From NCBI RefSeq assembly GCF_006345805.1, contig NC_043012.1, positions 24,614,001 to 24,678,000 of the forward strand: DNA of 64,000 nt, read 5' to 3'. The stretch is from Octopus sinensis (lineage: Eukaryota). Below, piece after piece: positions 55,897 to 64,000 of this stretch; position 1 is the stretch's first letter, and every line of letters begins with the position of its first letter. Under the pieces are notes generated by a model. That model ran no database searches and had not been told where the DNA came from. It saw only the letters and a list, made by a program, of their open reading frames with translations. Both the position numbers and the translations under genes were made by a program.

Positions 55897-56092
55897 GGAT
55901 GGATAGGTGTGTGTGTATGTGTGTTCGTCCCCCGTTCGACAACCATTGTTGTTTTGTTTGCGTCCCTATAACCTAGCGGTTCGGCGTATGACACCGACAG
56001 AATAAGTACCAGGCTTTAAAAACTAACTAAAACCCTTCAAACCGGTGCCCCAGCATGGCCGTAGTCCAATGATTGAAACAAAAGATTAAAGA
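55650..56092 (+). mobile_element. SINE family A with a central (GATA)n
   Basis: Head, microsatellite and tail in family order. Confidence 0.8.
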
Positions 56093-56457
56093 TACCTATA
56101 CATGTGTGTCCCCTACAAAGGTTTTGTTTCTTCATAACTTTCAGAAAAATGGATTTTTTTTTTCTTCTTAGTGAAATTTTCAACAAAAACCATTTCAGAT
56201 GCCGTAGATTCCGCTCATATTGGAGGCGCGCTCAAAGACATACTCACACACGTCGCAGAAATGTCTACAAAATGAAACTTAACATTTTGACAGCAATTAT
56301 CCTTTCCACTCTAGACACAAGGCCTGAAATATGGGGAAGTTAGGATAATCGATTAGATCGACCCCAGTGTTTATCTCGTACTTAATTTATCGACCCCGAA
56401 AGGATGGAAAGCAAAGTCGACCTCGGCGGAATTAGAACATTTTGACAACAATTACGT

Positions 56458-56592
56458 GACATTCGACGGGATATTTGTCCTCATTTTGTTTGTTGTTAAC
56501 ACCATGTTTCGGCTGATATACCCTCCAGCCTTCTTCAGGTGTCTTGGGGGGTAATTTTGAATCTGGGTTCTCATTCCTAAGGTATTTTTTGA

Positions 56593-56624
<32 letters not shown>

Positions 56625-56687
56625 TCGCTGCTTGGAATCGAACTCGGAATCTTGGTGTTAGTAGCCTCGCTCTTAACCACAACACCA
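56458..56687 (-). mobile_element. tRNA-headed SINE-like element carrying a hammerhead fold
   Basis: On minus: tRNA-like head (GTGGTTAAGAGCG...GCTACTAAC...GAGTTCGATTCC B box), (AAT)n, linker, hammerhead, short tail. Confidence 0.65.
56498..56543 (-). ncRNA. Hammerhead ribozyme fold, probably inactivated
   Basis: Minus strand GACAC-CTGAAGA-A-GGCTG-gagggtatat-CAGCC-GAAA-CA-TG-GTGTT; core and stems I/II intact, but position 17 is G. Confidence 0.65.
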
Positions 56688-56813
56688 TTTTCAATTTCGA
56701 TATATTCGTGATCTATAATATCAGAAAGGTATTTGTAGAAAATTTTATTAGAAAAAAAAAATATCCATTTTTCTCAGTCATGAGGAAAGAAATTCGACTC
56801 GTAAGAATTATCT

Positions 56814-56898
56814 GCCGTAGTGGTTAAGAGCGCGGGCTACTAACCCCAAGATTCCGAGTTAGATTCCATGCAGTGACCTGAATGATAATAATAATAAT
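56814..56898 (+). mobile_element. Inverted second copy of the tRNA-like head plus (AAT)n
   Basis: GCCGTAGTGGTTAAGAGCGCGGGCTACTAACCCCAAGATTCCGAGTTAGATTCC matches the reverse complement of 56621-56687. Confidence 0.7.
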
Positions 56899-56989
56899 TA
56901 CCCTCGATTAAATTATCTCAGCTCAGAAAATTGACTGACTTTCCCTCTTATTTTTATATCATTATATTAATTGCAATAAATCAGTGGTA

Positions 56990-57272
56990 CTCAACCGCGG
57001 TCCATATCACCCTTGTGGGGGGTAGGGCTGGGGTTTATGACCCTTGAGGCTCCATATGATCTTGGCGGGTTGGGGGTCATTCTGAAGCACCGCCTTTAGT
57101 CGAACAAATCGACCCCAGAATAGATACTAGATACAAGAAATAAGTCCTGGGGTCGATTTGTTCGACTAAAGGCGGTGCTTCAGAATGACCCCCAACCCGC
57201 CAAGATCATATGGAGCCTCAAGGGTCATAAACCCCAACTCTACCCCCACAAGGGTGATATGGACCGCGGTTG
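56990..57272. repeat. Near-perfect palindrome with ~128-bp arms
   Basis: 56990-57118 is the reverse complement of about 57146-57272; a third copy lies at 55139-55303. Confidence 0.9.
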
Positions 57273-57335
57273 ATTTTCCTCGTTTCACAAGAACTGCAAT
57301 ATCCTTGGCACTCGACACACCGGTATGCACAAGAG

Positions 57336-57564
57336 GCGGCGAGCTGGAAGAAACGTTAGCACGCCGGGCGAAATGCTTAGTGATATTTCGTCTGCCGCTA
57401 CGTTCTGAGTTCAATTCCGCCGAGGTCGACTTTGCCTTTCATCCTTTCGGGATCGATAAATTAAGTACCAGTTACGCACTGGGGTCGATATAATCGACTT
57501 GATCCGTTTGTCTGTCCTTGTTTGTCCTCTCTGAGTTTAGCCCCTTGTGGGTAGTAAAGAAATA
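57336..57564 (+). mobile_element. Full-length SINE family B with 14-bp TSD
   Basis: TSD GGTATGCACAAGAG at 57322-57335 and 57565-57578. Confidence 0.92.
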
Positions 57565-57945
57565 GGTATGCACAAGAGCCTCCAGATTGTTATCGCTCGA
57601 CATGTAAGAAATAGCAGCCAAATCTCATCAAATAACATCATATTATCTTAACGACTGGATGGCTACGCCTGGAACGTCTTTGATTTGATCACAGGACTAC
57701 TCACTCGGAGCTGACTTAGGCTAAACAAACCACAACATCAACAATAGCAACACGTGCCCGAGTTCAAGCGTTCGTTCATCCTTTATTTTGACATACCCGT
57801 CTCTGTTTCAAACGATGAACATTCCAATGTATTCCGATCAATGGTTCAATCGTTTAAGTGGTTGAGTATACCGTACACTAGTATATTTTCTGTAGCCCTC
57901 AGATAAAATCTGTTTGATACTATGTATGTAACTAGGTAATGTTGC

Positions 57946-58102
57946 CAGGGGCGGACTGAGCCGTCTGTCAATCGGGCACTGTCCGAGGGTCCGGAGCTTT
58001 GAGGGGCGTGCACTCTACATGTTAACTCTCTTTGGTATCAATGCTAAGGGGGCCGGTGAACAGTTATGTCCGAGAGCCCTTAATACTCTCAGTCCAGCCC
58101 TG
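57946..58102. mobile_element. Small MITE (hAT-like CAG ends)
   Basis: CAGGGGCGGACTGAG ... CTCAGTCCAGCCCTG; no clear TSD. Confidence 0.6.
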
Positions 58103-58420
58103 ATAGGTTCCATGTCCAGAATGTAGGACATTGGCGAGTATGTCCTGCCACAATTTTTTATTCTTTCTTTTCTGTAATAATTCCACTTGCTGGTCTTTAA
58201 TGCCTCTTTCTTCCCACCAATTCTTTAAGCTTGACCTCCATATCATCATCCTCCTTTCTCTGCTTCTTTCCCCTTCAATCTTTCCAATCATCACTAAATT
58301 CTCCAGGACCGCCTTCTTCATCACATGACCAAGAAGTCTCAGTGACTTGGCTCTAATCTCACGAAGCAGTTCCCTATTTACTGCAGCACGGATCGTCACT
58401 TCTTCTGTATTTTGTCCTCT
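58103..58420 (-). mobile_element. Decayed RTE-like LINE C-terminal fragment
   Basis: LRLLGHVMKK..LENLVMIGKIEGERSRERRMMIW resembles the RTE-clade GHxxR...GKIEGxRxRGR...W terminus. Confidence 0.7.
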
Positions 58421-59071
58421 CGGGTCTCAAAAGACTTGTTACTCGGGTTCTGGGGCATATGAGTGACCTACATCAAAGCATTCTCCCAGTCCGTTGCACG
58501 GTTCTAAGCCAATAATTTGGCTTTGAACCCAGCAACAGCAATTCTATGAGCGGCCGATATTTGCGCACTTTCTCTAGAGATGCCATTCCACCCCCACCCC
58601 ACCCTCAAGGAATCTTCCTGCTCCAACCGGACGGTCACGTCGACGACTACAACTTTTTCAGGACGGCTAAACACTAGGTCGAGTATCAGCCTGGAGCCGC
58701 CTACAATGTAAGAGGGGCAAGTCCACTATATCAACCCCAGTGCTTAAACTAAAGCTTTATTTTCATATTAACCCCGAAGGGATGAAGGACAAAGTTGACC
58801 GGGGTGGGGTTCAAATTTAAAGCGTAAAACGCCAGAAGAGATGCCGCTACGCATTTTGTCCGACTTATTAATGATTCTGCCAGCTTGACGCCGTAAGTCC
58901 ATCGTATATAATAGCATAAATAACCGAGAATTTTACTGGTATTTTGTATAGTTTAACGTAATCGTCTGTCGGGGCCCATGTGACACTGCGTCCTATAAAG
59001 ATGGCCGTTTGAATTACAAATGCAGCCGCAGTTCGTCCAAGTGGTTTCCATTGTTTCCTTTTACCCAGTTT

Positions 59072-59215
59072 TATAAGGTTGTCCCAAAATTCGTAGAAAG
59101 TCTTGGAAATAAATGGTTTTTATTTTGAGGGATAATTTTTGTTGTTTTTGTTAGTACTTGGCGAGTAAAAATTCAATTTTCGCAAGTGTTTACGAACTTT
59201 TGGGACAACCTAATA
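59072..59215. mobile_element. Tc1/mariner-type MITE
   Basis: TA-TAAGGTTGTCCCAAAATTCGTA ... TACGAACTTTTGGGACAACCTAA-TA. Confidence 0.8.
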
Positions 59216-59381
59216 ATATCAAGGCTTTTTATTTGATTCAAATGTAAAAGCAAGCGGACATTTGTCTGAAGTACTGGGCAATGGTATCGAACTCATGTCC
59301 AAGGGAAAGCAAAGAGAACTTCTTTGTCATCCTACCATGCTGTTTCTTTCGTATTGACAGTTCAAATACACACATGGGCAG

Positions 59382-59418
<37 letters not shown>

Positions 59419-59516
59419 ACACATATGCACGCACACACACAGACACATATATACACACACAGACACACATACACACACACGCATACACACACATGCACAC
59501 ACACAGACACATACAT

Positions 59517-59551
<35 letters not shown>

Positions 59552-59608
59552 TATACACACAAACACACCCATACACTCGTTCTATCTCTTTCTTTCCACC
59601 CTCTCTCT

Positions 59609-59644
<36 letters not shown>

Positions 59645-59821
59645 ACTCACATATATACAAACACTATGCCTCTCTTTCCTTCTCCCTCTCACTCTCTCAG
59701 TGTTTCTCTGTCTCTCTTTCTCTCTCCTTCTCTCCCACATACACAGACTCTGTCTCTCCTCTCTCCGTCTCACACACATACACAATACACAGAAACTTCT
59801 CACTCATACACACACACACAA

Positions 59822-59854
<33 letters not shown>

Positions 59855-60257
59855 TGCCTTCCCCTCTCCCCGCCTTACAAAAACGGTAAAATAGAGATTA
59901 GCATGTCTCTAATATAAACGGAATTTGTTTAGAAATTCTTACATCTGTTGCCCACCTCGCCTCTCTAGATTCACAGCTTAGAAACATGATAACCACTCTT
60001 CGGTAATGGAATCCGGTGCCTGTTACACGTGCAAGCGAACAGTAAACCGACGCACAAGTGTGTGTGTGTGTGTGCGTGTGTGTATGTATGTGTGTGTGTG
60101 TGTATGTGTGTGTAATGAACAAAAGCGAAAGGGGAAACTAAAAATGAGACAATGTTAGTTATATTAAAATACATATTTACATACATTACATACTTTCCCC
60201 AAGTACAAGCTAATCTATCTGTCTTCCTACACACACACACACACACACATACACATA

Positions 60258-60428
60258 TGCAGGTGTGGTTCTGTGGTAAGAAGCTCGCTTTTCAACCACA
60301 TGGTTTTGGGTTCAGTCCCACAACGTGGCACCTTGGGCAAGTGTCTTCTACTGTAACCTCGGACCGACCAAAGCCTCGTGAGTGGATTTGGTAGACGGAA
60401 ACTGAAAGAAGCCCGTCGTATATATCTA

Positions 60429-60513
<85 letters not shown>

Positions 60514-60765
60514 CTCTCTCTCTCTCTCTCTCTCTTTATATATATATATATATATTATATATATATATATATGTTTGTGTGTACGTGTGTTTGTACCCAC
60601 CACCGCCATCGCTTGACAACCGATGCTGGTGAGTTTACGTCCCCGTAACATAGCGGTTCGGCAAAAGCTTCCGATAGAAAAAGTACTAGGCTTACAAAGT
60701 TTAAGTCCTAGGGGCGATTTGTTCAGCTAAAACCCTTCAAGACTGTGCTCCAGCGTAGCCGCTAT
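60258..60765 (+). mobile_element. SINE family A
   Basis: Head, (TATC)n/(TC)n/(TA)n centre, tail. Confidence 0.85.
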
Positions 60766-61432
60766 CCATATTAAAGATAAACAATATAATAAAATAACAA
60801 TAAAAAAAAACAAAAATAAATCGTCTGCCGGAGTGTATACCGTGAAATTGTTTAGTTCCTCCACAGCCAATTAAGAACATCTAGGATCAAAGACATTCTT
60901 GTCCTAATTCTCCCTTTTATTATATTGTATAAACAGAGCGACATTGGGCAGTGTGTCGCGGTTTTTAAAGACAGAATGGTGGGGTTTGTTGGTGAAGCGG
61001 TTGACAATGACGGGAGATTTTATAACGCTTGGTTTCTCAATGTTTAAATCTGTGTCTTCTCTGGGATAGCTTTCTTTATTAGCATCAGTTTATGAACATG
61101 CAATTGTATAATACTGAACATACATTTTAATGTAAGCACGTAGATATAATTTTGCTTGCTGTAATCAACTATACTACACGATGAAGGTTACGAAACAGCT
61201 GTAATCATATGAAAGTCACATGGGATAAAAATAAATCTATCCTCACCTCTCAAACCTCCTGACTTTATACTTTAGTTACTCACAGCGGAGGAATTTATCG
61301 CTCGGGTTTCCAGGATTTTCAGTAGCACGGATATATTGTATTACGCTACACGATAATTGGTAACTAAGGAAACTGCATGATGCTGCATGGGGGAGCTTAC
61401 TGACAATGCTGCTTGATTTTCAGAACTCTCAA

Positions 61433-61479
<47 letters not shown>

Positions 61480-61545
61480 ATGTGTGTGTTATGTGTGTGG
61501 TGGTGTGTGTATATATACATACATACATACATACATACATACATA

Positions 61546-61614
<69 letters not shown>

Positions 61615-61617
61615 TCT

Positions 61618-61648
<31 letters not shown>

Positions 61649-61734
61649 TATATATCTGTGGTGTGTGTGTATATCATAATACATTCATGCATACATAATA
61701 CATACATACATATAATGTATGTAGTATATATAAT

Positions 61735-62102
61735 AACGGAAGCTTTATGAAAATAAACAAAAGACGAAGGCAGGTGGTGTACAAACAAAGAATTGTATTA
61801 GTATGGCGCTCAGGAATATAAATAAAACAAGTCTTTTAACGTTTCGAGCCTACGCTCTTAACAGAAAGATACACAGAAAGAAACACGAGAGAAACAAGGA
61901 GAGAAAAAAAATGCGTGCAGAAGCTAGCAATTCAACGGCGATTCTGGCCAAAGTCAAGATCATATTATCAGCCGAAATTACTATATCGATGATCCGGTTT
62001 CTGACTGAAGACTGAGGGGTTCGAATGTCCTGTCCATGTTTATTGTGTCGTCTTCTAAGAGTTATACGTTCTTGTCCATGTTGTATTTTTCTACATACCT
62101 TA
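61735..62102 (-). mobile_element. Short element with a degenerate hammerhead, between TA tracts
   Basis: Complex sequence bounded by AT microsatellite; on minus, the motif is followed by TTCCTGAGCGCCATACTAATAC, resembling TTCCTGAGCGTCCAATAATAC of the 4390/11471 family. Confidence 0.5.
61832..61869 (-). ncRNA. Degenerate minimal hammerhead-like motif
   Basis: Minus strand TCTTT-CTGTTAA-GAGC-gtag-GCTC-GAAA-CG-TT-AAAAGA; stems and GAAACGT retained, 5' core deviates from CTGANGA. Confidence 0.45.
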
Positions 62103-62125
62103 ATATATATATATATATATATATA

Positions 62126-62565
62126 AGCGCAGTCGTGGTTGTGTTGTAAGAGCTTGTTTCCCAACCTCATGGTTCTGGCTTCAGTCCCACTGCGTGACAC
62201 CTTGGGCAAGTATCTTCTACTACAGCCTCTGGTCCACCAAAGTCTCGTGTGTAGATATGGAAGACGGAAATAGAAAGAAACCCGCTGATTGTGTGTGTGT
62301 GTATGTGTGTGTGTGTTTGTGTGTGTTTGTGTGTGTTTGTGTGTGTATGTGTGTGTGTGTGCGTGTGTTTATCTCCAACCACCGTTTGACAACCTGTGTT
62401 AGTGTGTTTAAGTCTCCGTAACTTAACGCCTCGACAAAAATGACCGACAGAATAAGCATCAGGCTTAGAAAAAAAGTACTAGGGATGATTCATTCGACTA
62501 AAAGCTTTTCAAAGCGGTGCCCCAGCATGGCCGCAGTCTAATGACTGAAACAAGTAAAAAAGTAA
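62126..62565 (+). mobile_element. SINE family A
   Basis: Head to GGTGCCCCAGCATGGCCGCAGTCTAATGACTGAAACAAGTAAAA tail. Confidence 0.85.
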
Positions 62566-62697
62566 GAGACAAAAAAAATATGTATTTTGTGTGTGTGCAT
62601 GTGTATGTCTATATGTGTGTGTGTGTGTGTGTGTATAAATGTGTGTATGTGTATGTCTATATGCGTGTGTGTGTGTAGGGAGAGAGAAAATATATAT

Positions 62698-62732
<35 letters not shown>

Positions 62733-63063
62733 TCTTGAGAGAATGTGTGAGAGAGAGAGGAGGGCGTTTGTGTTTGTGTGGGAGATAAACCAGGAAGAAG
62801 GAAGAGAAAGAGAAAGCAGTAAAGAAACATAGATTGGAAGCAAGAGATTACCCCCCCCCCCCCACCACCAACGTCCACCCGTCTTCAAACCTCCCCCCCT
62901 CCCGTCCCTCAGGCCAAATATGGAAAGAAGAGACACTTTTTAGCAATTAGTTGACATTTTTTGAACTCTTGAAAGACTTGAAAACAAACTCTTAGACGAT
63001 ACGTGGGTGGTACGAACGACTTGTTTACATTTATTTGGTCAGTGAAGAATATGGAATCGGCGT

Positions 63064-63118
<55 letters not shown>

Positions 63119-63439
63119 GGTGGTGGTGGTCGGAGTAAGGCAGAAGTGTGAAGAGAAGTGGCTTCAGTCATGGCTTGCTTTGCTGACCAGAAGTAAACGC
63201 ACGCACGCACTCACACATATACGCACAGATAGACACACACACACACAAACACACATATGTACATAGCTACCGTTATGTGTGTGTGTGTGTGTGTGTGTGT
63301 TTGTGTGTTTGTGTGTGTGTGCGTGTGTGTGTGTGTGTGTTCTGTGGGTCAAAGGATTAAATACTCATTCTACTGTAATTCGATCGTGTTTCTCGGTCAA
63401 GTTGACAAAATTGTAAGATTTTTGTTTATAAATTTTGCG

Positions 63440-63482
<43 letters not shown>

Positions 63483-63600
63483 GTATGAGTGTGTAATATT
63501 GTATTTTTGTGTGTGGGAGTCTGTTTGTGTTTGGGTCATTATGTCTTTGAGAAAGACATTATGTATATGAGTACGTGGTTATGTATGTGTGTGTGTGTGT

Positions 63601-63689
<89 letters not shown>

Positions 63690-64000
63690 TACGTGTGTGT
63701 GTGTAAAGAGAGAACACTATTTTTATATGTCTGAAGCCGAATGATATTTTCCTTATTTCACCAATCTCTGCGTGAATGTCCGTTGTGCGGATAATATGTG
63801 TAAATGAATACAATTTGTCTGTGGATGAATGAAAATGGAAACAGGCACGGTCGAAGGATTAAGAAGTTCGCTTCACAGTTTCGCAGTCCTCGGTTCGATC
63901 CTACTGAACAGCATTCTGGGCAAGTATCATACTGTAGCTTTGTGCCAACGCAGTCCTTGTCAATGAAACTCTGTATACGGCAATCGTGTGAAAGCCCAAC

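Noticed and set aside
56814-56880. Possible tRNA gene with ACT anticodon
   Set aside because: No convincing acceptor stem, mutated B box, and it runs into (AAT)n; treated as a SINE head.
61178-61206. ACGATGAAGGTTACGAAACAGCTGTA hammerhead-like string
   Set aside because: Palindromic stem III is present, but the core lacks CTG and stems I and II cannot form.

Overview
This is AT-rich, microsatellite-saturated eukaryotic DNA. Its SINE families and repeat landscape resemble an octopus (coleoid cephalopod) genome, which is my inference from recalled repeat sequences, not a database result. Almost all listed ORFs are translations of simple repeats or SINEs. The only convincing host coding sequence is a first coding exon (53832-53933, +) of a PDZ-domain gene of the PDZ-LIM/Zasp type. 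Mobile DNA includes a 5'-truncated, frameshifted CR1-group LINE (47365-49392, -), remnants of RTE-like and Tx1/L1-like LINEs, dozens of copies of about four SINE families, and several MITEs. There is one 100-N gap. The most interesting signal is a set of short non-coding elements carrying type I hammerhead ribozyme folds (4478, 25027, 46774/47128, 56498, 61832). Several have Penelope-like direct and inverted repeat architecture, and one is fused behind a tRNA-derived Pol III head. Two SINE families also appear to share 3' tails with LINEs present in the same window.
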